A stretch of 62,412 nucleotides of DNA, filler included, from an uncultured Planctomycetales bacterium (GTDB lineage: Bacteria; Omnitrophota; Gorgyraeia; Gygaellales; Profunditerraquicolaceae), in the NCBI GenBank assembly GCA_964487475.1. It is 5 parts of 5 records of this genome, joined end to end, with 100 filler letters (N's around TTAATTAATTAA, not from the genome) between each part and the next. Parts side by side here need not be neighbours in the genome. Positions count along the whole stretch, not along the records: positions 1 to 16,968 come from CAZAPM010000022.1; positions 17,069 to 31,947 come from CAZAPM010000023.1; 3 more parts are not named here. The stretch is one strand, 5' to 3'. Both the position numbers and the translations under genes were made by a program. Under the pieces are notes generated by a model, which had not been told where the DNA came from, ran no database searches, and worked only from the letters and a program-made list of their open reading frames with translations. The first letter of the stretch is position 1. Every line of letters starts with the position of its first letter. Shown piece after piece: positions 12,201 to 23,000 of this stretch.

Positions 12201-15200
12201 ATCTTAAGGGCCGGGCCGTTCATGATCAAGCCCAACGTCGAGGAGTTCGCGTATATCGTCGGGGTTGAGGATAAGGCCCTGCGCGGGGACGATCAGTTGA
12301 TGGTCGCAAAAGCGCGCGAGCTTATCACGAAGTTCGGCATCCGCTACGTGCTCATCTCCCTGGATAAGGACGGTGCGCTCCTGGTGAGCAAGGATGACGC
12401 GCAGCGGGTGCGTGTCCCGGACCTGGGAGGCAGGTTCATCAATAACATCGGCGCCGGGGACGCCCTGCTGGCGGGATTCCTGCATAAGATGACCTCGGGG
12501 GGGACGATCGACGAGGCGTTCAGGTTCGCGGCCGCGCTGGCGACGCTCAAGTGCGAGTACTCCGGTGTCACCGGTCTCGATATCGGCAGGGTGGACTCCG
12601 TGCTGGCTAAGGTCGAGCAGTATCCCGTGGTCATGCCTTCCCCGTATCCGGCCAGGCTCTCGGAGTCTTTCAGTGCGCCGAGTCCGTTCCAGGGCGCCGC
12701 TGAGGACCCGGTCCACTATTTCGAATCTGCGTCCGCCCGCTCCGGCGTGGGGTACAGGCTGGTGCATGCGACTGTCTCCGGGAACGTGGCGGAGTACAAC
12801 GAAACGCAGCATTGCGTCGATATACTCGGAGCGCTGATGAATCGCGCTCCTCCGTGGCGGGCGGATTCCCTTGAAAGCCGGGCCTTCCAGGCGCTGGTAC
12901 ACGATATTTTCCGCCACGAGGCGGTCCATCACCGCGGAGAAAGGGGCGAGGCAGCGGCTCAGCAGGAGAGTATCGGATACTTCATGGCTAACCTCTCCGA
13001 TCTCCGCCTAGTCCTCGATCATGTGCGTCAGTTTGGGGTCATTCTTGCTCCGGAATACTCGAAGCGGCTGAAAAAGACGATAGGGCTGCCGACCGCGGCG
13101 AAAATGGACAGGGTTTTCCGCGCGATGCGCCGTGCCATCTGGGCTACGGGAGCGCGCCACGTGGGCAGAGGAGAGCGTGCCCGTTTTAATGCGCTCGGGG
13201 ACAGGCTGTATGCGAAGGTGGAACCTCTGCTTGAGCAGTTCGGCGTGACCAGGTTCGCTTCCCGCCGGGAATATTTTGCGGGCGAGAAAGCCCTGTTGGG
13301 GCACATTACCGAAGAGCTCGAGGATTATCTTGACGAGTGGCGCGAGTGCGATCCCGCGAGCGAAGAGGAAAAGTACCTGGATAGGCAGATCGCGACCAAG
13401 ATCAGCCTCTTCCGGCATCTGCACACCATGCGCCGTTATGAATCGGCGTTCCTTGAGCAGCGGGATGGATCACATCAGGCGTATTACGCGCACTCTGCGC
13501 GCTGGGCTGAAGAGTTCATGGTGCTTGCCGAATATGTCGAGGAGATGGGAGTGGTCGGGTATCCGGACGAGGATATGGTGCAGGTGCGCCTGCTTATCGA
13601 GGAGTGCGTGCGTTCCCTCGCGGTGGGGCTGCGGGACCACGTGCATGGCCGGGTGCTCCTCTATGACGAAAAAGAGGTTTTCGAACTGGGGATGCAGGAT
13701 ATCCAGAGCACCATCTATTTCGAGCTGCTGGCCGCCCCGGTCAAGACCATCGAAGTGTGCCGGCAGCGCCTGCAGCATTTCTCACCCGGGTTCGTCCTGG
13801 TCCTGGCGGAGAAGACGCGTAAAGACCAGCCTGCGCCCCGGGCGGAGGAGCCGGCAGTCGTCGCGGCGCCTGTTCCCTCCTGGACCGGGCCGTCGTTATC
13901 CCTCGTTTCCGGCAAATCGCAGGCCATGGCCTTGGAGATGAAGCTGGAGATGCAGCTCCATACCGCGCTTACCCAGATCTCCGAGGCGATCGTCGATGCC
14001 GAGCAGCGGATACGCGTATCCGTGGAAGCCGGCACTCCCCTTACCGGGGAAAAGTTCATACAGCTTAAGCAGGAACTCATGGATAGGGTGACCGCGGCGA
14101 TCAAGCAGTGCCGCGAAACCGCACGGGAAAGCGGCAAGCGGGGGACCCATTTCGCCGCCCATGCCAGAAGGCTCACCCGTTTCATCGAAGAGGATACGCG
14201 CCGCAGCGTGGCGATCATTTTAGCCGAGCCGCCGGCGGTGGTCGATCTTCGCACCCAGCTGATGTTCGATCTGGCCAAGAGCCATCTCCGCCGTACCCCC
14301 GGACATAACGTATATTTTCGCAGGAAGGACGGGGTCCGCTGCCTGACGTACGATATTTTCTATCTCTTGAAGCACTTCTCCCTTGTCCCTCTTCTGAACG
14401 TGCACTCTCAGTCGCACTCCAGCCCGTACCTTTCCCTGGTCGCGAGCCATATCGCCGGAAGCCGGCAGGAAGAGGAGCTTGCCCGCGAGCTGCACGTCGA
14501 TATCCAGCTGTTCATCAATTCGATCAACGAGATCGTCGCCTGGATCGATAATCCGGCCGAGGCCGCGGATAAAACGGAAGTAGCGTCTTTGAACGGGCAT
14601 ACTCTTTCTTTGGGGGAGTTGAAGGCGAAGCTGCTTCCTCTGATGAAGGACGCAGGCGCGCTGATCCAGTCGCAATGGAGCGTGAAAGAGAAGGTCCTGG
14701 CGTACGCGGGCCTTTATTCCCGGACGGTCAGTTTCGTGGAAGAGGTGGGCGAGGCGCTGGCTATCGCGGTGCCCTGGACCAACCTGGGGGATGAGCAGCA
14801 GGGAGCGCTTTACCGCTCCATGAAGATGGTGAACCGCCGCAACGGCTGGGATTGGCTGGGGCCGGAGATCAAGGGGATACCGGCGAACCAGTTCACCCGG
14901 TTGATGGTGGTGGCGATCCCCGGGGATACGGATGAGCCCAGGGTGATCGTATCGGTGGGAGGAGAGTTCTATTCGTGGATGCTCGATGAGGTGCTGCGGT
15001 ACCATGCGATCGACAAAGGAATCCTGGTCTCCTCAGATTCCTGGGCGCAGTTACACCGCAACTGCGCGGCGGTTTCGGCGCTCTTGTACCGTATCGGCAC
15101 GCTGACCAAGATACTGGTGCTGGAGGATAAGCCCGGAACACAGGGGAGCGCTTTCGGCGAGCTGCTTAAGGTCGCCCGGATGAGCGGGATAGAGGAAGAC

Positions 15201-16968
15201 GACGTCGTGCGTGCGGAAAGGGAGAAGGAGATCGTCGGGGTATCCGAACCGGCGGCTTCGGATACAAGCGCGGAGCCGGCGGCTGCGGAAAACCAGATCG
15301 ATACCGCAGAGACCTTATCCCATTTTGGCGCCGCAGTCGCCGCGGCGAGGGAAAAGGAAGGCCGCTTCACGCTTATCTCCGATCTCGAGGGAACGGTGGA
15401 GCTGGCAAGGACCCCTCTTTCCCCGGAAAGCCTGGCTACGGTCATAACCCTGTTGGAAAGCGGGAAGGTCCAGTTCGGGATCCTTTCCGGCGCGGGGATG
15501 GACCGGGTAAAGAAGAATTTTATCGCTCCGTTGCTCGCGGCGATCCCCGCCGAGCGCAGGCACCTGCTGAAGAACATGCTCGTAGGGACCGATAACGGTT
15601 CCCAGGTGTACCGCTATGATCTCGCAAAGGGCCGGTTCGTATGCGCCTTCAGCGTGGATATCGTGGAAGAGGTAAGGCCGGAGAATTATCCCCTGATCGA
15701 AGCGGCGATACGGGACTGCCTGGCCCGCTGCGGGGTGAGGGAGATGGTGCAGCGGATGATGGGATGGACCTTTGACGATGCCGGATGGCAGCGGTACTGT
15801 GATAGGTGCATCGATCCCCGGGAGACCGAGGATAAGCGCATCTGCCAGGTCACCTTCCTGGTCTTGAGCAAGGATGCCAAGGACGAGCAGCGGATATCCT
15901 TCAACCAGCGTGGAGGAAAAGAGATCCGCGAGCCATATGCCGCGTTCATCGCCGAAGCCCTGAAGAAAGCCGGCATGCATCTGTCAGTGAGGGTGACCGG
16001 TCAGAGCTCGATCGACATCACCCTCCCGAATATCGACAAGGCGTTCGGCCTGGCGGTGATGACCGTGCTTTTCGGGTCGCATATCAGCCGGGTGATCTTT
16101 ACCGGGGATGATTTCAAGCCGGGCCGCAACGACGAGCCTACTTTGAAGGTCGCGCGTACCATCGGCAACGTCGGCGCGTTCCTGAATCCGCACTCCTCCC
16201 GGTATTACCGGCCGGGGGTGGCATTTTTCCAGCTTCCCGAGCACGGGCCGGCAGGGTTCAGGGAATTCATCCGGGTGTTGCTGCATGCGCCTTTGGCCCA
16301 GCTGGCGTATCCCTATCCCGGAAAGCTGAGCGATGGTTTCACCAAGCCGGACGCGGCCAAGGGCGAGGCGGAAAGCCCGCTGCGGTATCTCGAAGCGGCG
16401 AAACAGGAGCTTGTGGCCCGGAATGAGGCAGCGATCGAGTATGCCCTGGTGGAGGCGACCGTTTCCGGAAACATCGCGGAGTATAACGAGACGGCGCACA
16501 GGATCGATATCCTGAAGGAATTCTTAGCCCGCGCTCCTCCGTACCGGGCCGGCACGCACGCGACATTCGCCTTCCAGACCGTGGTCAACGATATCTTCAC
16601 CCATGAAGCCGTGCACCACAAGGGTGAACAGAGCGAATCTCCCGCCATCGCCTCCAGCATCGAGATCTTCCGCGCAGACAACAAAGCCTTATTGGCCTTC
16701 CATAACTGGATCAGGGTCTTTGGTATCGAATTGAACGCCGAGTATCGCGCCGCGCTTAACGCGCTCGAGTCGGAAGTGTTCGGGCCGGTCAGCCTTAAGG
16801 GCGGGATCTTCGACGTGGACGGGGTAGTGGCCAAGAGCGCGGATGACGTGCACTGCAAGTGCTGGAAGCAGATGTTCGAGTTGATCGTCAGGGGCACGGA
16901 GGAGATCACGGGCCGCAACGCCGCCGAGACCGCGCAGTTCCGTTCCATCACCGCGGGCAAGCGCAAGG
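3..16968 (+). CDS. Giant multi-enzyme protein, fragment 1 (open at both ends, ~5,650 aa)
   Basis: Single stop-free frame from nt 3 (DRAPPYRPAARATFAFQVLVNDIFRHEAVHH, mid-repeat, so GTG at 60 is not the true start) to the gap; the ORF-track stop lies in the artificial linker. Domain order: GH65, TPR, GH13, repeat, ROK, MtaA/UroD, repeat, HAD-IIB, two PfkB, repeat, unknown, HAD-IIB, repeat, beta-PGM N-terminus. Confidence 0.95.
285..2720 (+). other. Domain: GH65 maltose/trehalose/kojibiose phosphorylase-like
   Basis: LGNG, YKGHTFWDTEIYMLP, GARFPWRS, EIHVNWDI..AVKRYFEATGD, GPNEW, NNAYNN, RQPD, ESSL, GFAGL motifs in GH65 order. Confidence 0.9.
3045..3275 (+). other. Domain: two TPR repeats
   Basis: YLNNVANFF...YEKSL...IDDNNTDALNTMGYIYLFQGKRDRAEWIFRRVLSIDAWNMGAKNGL. 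Confidence 0.8.
3855..5765 (+). other. Domain: GH13 alpha-amylase family
   Basis: LGG..F..LI..A...GIDIFLDYVPH; catalytic-triad motifs GVRVDCA, FFGEAF, SHDD; C-terminal VLAFARY beta-domain. Confidence 0.85.
5988..6420 (+). repeat. HExxH linker module copy 2
   Basis: YPARVS...YFEAAKAQFG..Y...TVTGNVAEYDE..HRIDIL...RAPPY...FQAVVDDIFRHESVH (His codon 6255). Confidence 0.93.
6429..7705 (+). other. Domain: ROK-family sugar kinase-like
   Basis: IGISMGGGK, AGLAGPVD, ICNDAEA, IIGGGIN, EAGH motifs. Confidence 0.8.
7800..8865 (+). other. Domain: MtaA/CmuA methylcobamide methyltransferase or uroporphyrinogen decarboxylase family
   Basis: VPGPISL, GAEVICMLEP, LHVCG (HxC), FSLD, LGN, SGCEI. Confidence 0.75.
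8889..9330 (+). repeat. HExxH linker module copy 3
   Basis: YPAG...YLDAAKAAFDLEY...TSTGAIAEFN...VDIL...RAPLY...FQVLINDIFAHEAVH (His codon 9159). Confidence 0.92.
9390..10240 (+). other. Domain: HAD-IIB (phosphomannomutase/Cof-like)
   Basis: FDIDNTL, ISGRS, SGKTTI..K, YFGDEVGSGND. Confidence 0.8.
10270..12620 (+). other. Domains: tandem duplicated PfkB (1-phosphofructokinase-like) kinases
   Basis: Two ~390-aa units sharing GGR...GAN.GFY...I, V.(F/Y)DCS, GP...K.N..EF, LIS.D.DG; C-terminal motif AAGN in unit 1 and GAGD in unit 2. Confidence 0.85.
12645..13075 (+). repeat. HExxH linker module copy 4
   Basis: YPARLSESF...YFESAS...Y..V.ATVSGNVAEYNE...VDIL...RAPPW...FQALVHDIFRHEAVHH (His codon 12915). 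Confidence 0.93.
15365..16285 (+). other. Domain: HAD-IIB (phosphomannomutase/Cof-like)
   Basis: ISDLEGTV, ILSGA, DNGS, TGQSSIDIT..IDKAFG, FTGDDF..GRND. Confidence 0.8.
16314..16770 (+). repeat. HExxH linker module copy 5
   Basis: YPGKLSDGF...YLEAAK...Y..VEATVSGNIAEYNE..HRIDIL...RAPPY...FQTVVNDIFTHEAVHH (His codon 16602). Confidence 0.93.
16795..16968 (+). other. Domain: beta-phosphoglucomutase-like HAD-IA, N-terminal part (truncated by gap)
   Basis: GGIFDVDGVVAKSADDVHCKCWKQMF. Confidence 0.75.
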
Positions 16969-17068
16969 NNNNNNNNNNNNNNNNNNNNNNNNNNNNNNNN
17001 NNNNNNNNNNNNTTAATTAATTAANNNNNNNNNNNNNNNNNNNNNNNNNNNNNNNNNNNNNNNNNNNN
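16969..17068. other. Artificial contig spacer
   Basis: N44-TTAATTAATTAA-N44, with stops in all six frames. Confidence 0.99.
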
Positions 17069-20000
17069 AGAGTGCAGGGCGTGGCCCGGCATAAACCCGC
17101 GGATGACGCCGCAACCTATGCCAAGCGTGCCGTAGAACTGGGCAAGTTCGCGCATCAGGTTTCCGATACTTTGGCTGCGGTGCGCATCGATGAGCTCGTA
17201 TGCTGGTTCGCCGGCAGGCCGGAAAACTATTCCCGTTTGCCGGAAAACACCCTTTTGGCGGCGGTATTCGACCTGGACGGGGTCATTACCGTGACCGCGA
17301 CCGTACATATGCGGGCGTGGAAGGAGACTTATGAAGCGGCGCTGCGCAAGCTCGAGAAGACTACGGGGGTCGCCTTCAAGGAGTTTACGCTGCATGAGTA
17401 TGAGGAGCACGTAGACGGCAAGAGCCGCTACCGCGGGACCGAGGCTTTCTTCAGGAGCCGCGGATTCACCGAGGCCCAGCTGGCGTACGGTGATGACAAG
17501 GCCAAGGACACCGAATATGTGTGGGACGGGGCCGACGGGTATTTTGATATCGCGGGTATCGCCAACGCCAAGAATTTAAGGTTCAACGAATTGATCGACA
17601 GCGGGGAAGAGAAAGCGGAAGTGTTCCCCGATGCGGTCGCGCTTTTGCATGCGCTCAAGGCCGCCGGTATCAAGGTCGGTATCGCCTCCGCCTCCAAGAA
17701 TACCCCGAAGATCCTCCAGGGGGTCGGGATGTTCGAGCTTTTCGATGCCGTCGTCTGCGGCGTGGACGTGACCAATACCGCTGCGCAAAGCAAGCCGAGC
17801 CCCTGGCTCTTCATCGAGTGCGCCCGCCGCATGGGGTCCGATCCGCAGCATGCGCTGATGGTCGAGGATGCCGAGGCCGGGGTGCAGGCGGGTGCGGCCG
17901 GCGGATTTGCGCTGGTCGTGGGTATCGCGCGGCACAAGAAGGGTGACGATGCCGAGGCGTTCGTGAAGCGCGTGGCCGGGCTCCAGAAGTTCGCGCACCG
18001 CGTGGTCGAGGACGATCTCGCTTCCCTGGACGTTGCCGACCTGCGTGCCTGGTTCGCGGGCGCAGTGTCCGCTGCCTGGCTGAAGGCGGATGCCGATGCC
18101 GAGCTGCGCCGGGGAGACACGATGTATCTCGCCCAGAAATATGCCGGCGCGAAGCGGCTTTATGAGAACGCCGCAGCCCGTTACGCGGCGATCAAGGATG
18201 AGTTCGGAGGAAAGATCGCTGCCCTGAGGGTCACCCGGGCTTCCCGTCAGCTTACCCCCGAGACGATCGATATTTATGATGCCCAGGGCAAGGTCATCGG
18301 AAGCGATACCTATATCAATGCCCACCGTAAGGATGACGGGCTGCATCACGCCAGCGCGTTCGTCGTGGCCTTCTCTCCGGACGGCAAGGTGCTCATGCAG
18401 AACCGCGGGGCGACCAAGTACATGTTCCCTTCGACCCAGACCTTGTCCGTCACCGGCGGCGCCTCCCGCGGCGAGCGCGCCAGGGATGCGGGCAAGCGCG
18501 AGTTCAGGGAAGAGCTCGGAATAGATGCCGATGATGCCCGGTTCACCAGGATCGTGCATGCGCAGGATAAGGATTTCGACCATCCGCTGTTCTTCGAGCT
18601 TTATGAGTTCACCGCGCTTTCCGAAGCCCAGGAAGGGGCGTTGCTGGCGGCGAAGCAGGCGCTGGAGGCGCGCGCGCTCCAGGAGGAACCGGAGGCGCTG
18701 CGCCGCGTGCTCTTTATCTATCAGCCGGCTTTCAAGACCCTCTTTGTCTACGTCTTTGACGAGTCCAAGCGTGAAATGCTCTCCCGTTATATCGCCGAGG
18801 TGACGCGTGCAACCGGTATTCCGTACAATGACTATCTGATCAACCGCGAGTGGATCGGGTTGTTCGCCTATTCGCTTAACGCCGCGGAGATGCAGGCGGT
18901 CACGCTCAGCGAAGAGGAGAACATCGAATCCATGTCCGCGCGCGAGCTCGAGGAAGTGCGCGGGGATTTCCTGGCGAACCCGCAGAGATATACGGATGCG
19001 CTCTTGACCGCCATGCGCGAGGAGAGCTTTGCCCAGCTGGTGCGGATCCGGGATGCGGCCAGGGTTGTGCCCGCACCGGCGCCCGTGTCCGAGCATCCGG
19101 TGATGGTCCTGCCCGTCCTGCTCGAGAAGTGGGACGACGACCATCATGTGGGAAGCTTCCTGGCGACCGTGTATGCGTACCGCCTGGCAGTGGAAGCGGC
19201 AAAACGTAAATACGGCGCCGATCTGGATGCGCTCTGGAAAGAGAACCGCGTCCGCATCTGCGTGCTCCATGACGCCGGGTCCGCGTCCCGTTGCTCGCCG
19301 AACTCCCAGTCAAACCATAACTCCCGCGGTGCGTTGGATATCCTGGGCAGGGTCAATACCCCTTCCGGAGAGGTATCCCTGACCCTGATGCTCGCGGTGG
19401 GGATCCAGAACTCGAAATATGCGCCTTCCAACGACGGCACGACGATCGATATGCATTACGTCAGCCAGCTGTATTTCAACCGCGACGCTCAGGGCAACCT
19501 CACTCCGGACTATAAGGCGCTTACCGATCCTTCCGCGCCGTATACCGGGTATGACGTGATCATCCTTTCTTCGAGCTATGCGGACCATCTGGCGCTGCAG
19601 GAGAAGGCGTTCGAAGCGGTATTCGGGTACCGTAAGGTATCCTGGGCGCCCGTGGTTTCCTCGAACCGGACCGAGACCATGCTTACCAAATTCACTACCG
19701 TGGCCAAGGACGAGGATATTACGGAGAAGAACCTCGGAGACCTGGGCATGTATCAGGCTGACGGGACCACGGCGGTCAAGAATCTGCCGAAGGGCAGCCT
19801 GAAGGTGCAGCAGGCAAAGGATCTGATGAAGAGCGGGTTTAGCCTGGCGTTCTCCTGCGGGTCTCACCGGACCAACCGGGAGTTCCTTTTCTTCCTGGAG
19901 CAGTATTACCATGAGGTGATCTACCGCGCCCGGCTGACCGACGACTTCAAGAAGAACAAGGTGGAACGCGAGGCGCCGCAGCTGATCGAGCCGATGCTCA

Positions 20001-23000
20001 TCCTGCTGGAAGGCCTCCGGCAGATCGGCAAGCCTATGGCCGAAGGGCTGAACACCTTCGATGAATTGAAAACGGCTTTGGAGGCGGGTTCCCGCAAGAC
20101 CGTGGATGTGCTTTTCGCCAAGAATAAGGAAGGTAAACCCGTGCACCCCGCGGCTACGGAAGTCTTCGAGATATTCCTGCAGTTCCGCAGCCGGGTGCAG
20201 GATCCCCGGAAATGGGTGGGGATCTACGATATCGGCTCGCCGGTGTACTGGTGGAGGCATCGCCGCCCCGCAGAGCTCTATCAGGAAAAGATCCAGATGC
20301 TCGCCGACATGACCGGAGAGTGGGTTGAGGTCAACGAGAAGGGCGTGTTCAAGGTCAAGCCGGCGGCGGCAGGCAGCGCGCTGGCCCAGGAGGCCCGGGC
20401 GATGCGCGATTTCCGCGGTATCATGAACACGCCGGTAGCCAATTGCGTGCTGGGTTCGGTGCGGGTCGGGGCGGACGGTTCCTATGTCGATCCCGTGACG
20501 GGCAGGGTAAGACGGATCACTCTGGCCAAACTGCACAAGGGGATCACGGTCGACGGGGTGTACCTGAAGGATGCCGTGGTGCAGTACAGCTATCTTCTTC
20601 CCGGAAGCCGCGTGACGGCAAGTGTGGTGAATAATTCGTACGGGAAATTCGATCTCGTGCAGTCATATGTGGAAGCGACGCATGCCGGCGATCTCAAGGC
20701 GTTCCGGGCGATCTCCTTCAATGTGGTGGAATCCCGGCCATTGTCCATGAGGAACACTTCGGTGGCCGATGTCTTCCGTCCGGAGATCAGGGATCCGCAC
20801 TTCGCCCGCGGCCAGACCAGGGTGTGGGCCGGGTTCGAGGTGGACGGGAAATCCGCAGGCAACACGGTGCTTTCCCAGAATGCGTTCAGTTTCAATGAAT
20901 TGCGCTCCTTCTCCAATGCGGTCGAGGCCAATGAGCAGGTACGTCAGCGGGTGCTCCGAAGGATGTTCGGGCTCGCCGCCAAAATGCTCTCCCGGTATAC
21001 GCCGAGCGCGTATCCGGCCACGATCGATGATGCTTTGATCGATCCGGCAAAAACACGGGAGGGAGTAAGGTATTTCGAAGCGGCAAAGCTTGCGTTCGGC
21101 ACTCCGTACTCGTTCGTAGCCAGAACCGTGACCGGGCAGGTCGCGGAGTATAACGAGGTGGACCGCTGTATCGATATAATGACAACCTTATCCGCGAGAG
21201 CGCCTCCTTTCGATCTGACCGATCCCCGTTCTGTCGCCTTCCAGATCCTGGTCAATGATATCTTCCGCCATGAGACCGTGCACCACCGGGGGCTGCGCCA
21301 GGAGCGCCCCGCGATCGCCGCAAGCATGGAGTATTTTGACACCCGTCTGGGCGAAATGGGCATGATGCGCAGATGGGCCGGATCCTTCGGGGTTCGTTTC
21401 GACGAACATTATTCCCGGAGGATGAGAAGGTCCGCCTCTCGCGTCTTGCAGACAGCGGTGGCCATTAACGGCGAATTCGCTCCGACCGCTGCCATGTCGC
21501 TGGCGAATGAGATCTGCCGGCTGCAGGAGGCCGACCCGAAGTATCAGGTGAAGGTCGTATTCGCGACCGGCGATACCCAGGTCCCCATTCTGCATTTCCT
21601 GTCCATGGATCCCCGCATCGACTGGTCTCGTGTCCAGGCGTTCCATCTCGATGAATATGAGGGGGTGCAAAAAGACGATCCGCATTCCTTTGCCGCCTAT
21701 CTGCATAAGCACCTTTTCTCCCGGGTAGCCATTCCCGAAAGCAATATCCATTACATCTGCGATTTTGTCCGGTCCCTGAACGTTACCGGGGAGATTACTT
21801 CGGAGCAGCTGGCCGGGTACCCTGCGGCGCTCGAGGCGCTCGGCGGTGCGGATATTCTTATCCTCGGGATCGGGCTTGACGGTCATCTGGCGTTCAATGA
21901 GCCTCCGGATTTCTCCGGATTTGCCGCGCATATGCAGCGGGTTGCGCTTACCGAAAGCACGCTGGCGGCGAACGAGAAGAACTATCCCGGTATCCGTGCC
22001 CGTCCGTATGCGTTCACCATGGGTATCGCGGATATCCTTAAAGCCCGCCGGATTTTCTTCTTCGCGAGCGGCCAGAGCAAAGCGCAGATCGTGCGTGCGG
22101 CCCTGGAAGGAGAGGTCACGCAGGATGTTCCGGCATCAGTGCTGCAGACCCACCCCAGGGTGCACGTGGTCCTGGAGATGCAAGCCGCTTCCCTTCTGCA
22201 CACCGAATTTGCCTGGTCCCGTCCTTATGGCGCGGCCTGCGGAGTGCTGGCCATCGGTGGCGCAACGGCCGCGGCGGGATGGGTTGCCGGGATCGTGGCG
22301 GCAGTGCTGCTCGGAGTATTTTTATTTTCGCCGGTTTTGAAAGCGGTTTCACCCGTAAAATGGCATCTCAGGCGTTTTTCCAGCCATAACGCAGAGGTCC
22401 GTCACCAGGCGGCGCTCGGGATCCTGTCACTCGGGACCCGGGCACACGCGGAACTGCTGCATGCGCTCGCAGATCCCAACGCCTATATCCGGGAAGCAGC
22501 CATCTTCGCGGTGTCCCGATCGCCGGTGAAGGATGCGGCGTACCATATCGAATTTCTCCTCGATGACGGCTCTCCCATGGTGCGGGCGGCGGCGCTGCAG
22601 GCGCTGCGCGCGATGGGCGGATGGCGCAGCGCGTTCATCCCCGAGTTCCTCTCCCGGGTCCGCGCGAGGGTGCCTGAGGACGAGGCGTTAAGCCTGCTGC
22701 ACAAGGCTTTGAATTTCAAGGAGCGCGGGATCGAGATCGAAGTGGTGGAGACCGAAGGGCCGGTAAGGGCCGTGTGCAGCGCCTGCCAGATGGGGATCGG
22801 TTTCGATGACGACGATCACATCCGCGCGGGAAAATGTTCGGTATATGACCGGGACGGGAATCCGCGCCTGCATCCCACCTTCCAGGTCGTGGCGGCAGGT
22901 ACCCTTACCAAGAAGGCTCCGGGTACGGCTCCGGTGGCGTATGACGAGTTGATCAACCTTATCCGCAGTGTCAAGGATGCCCGTCAGGCCGAATACCGCG

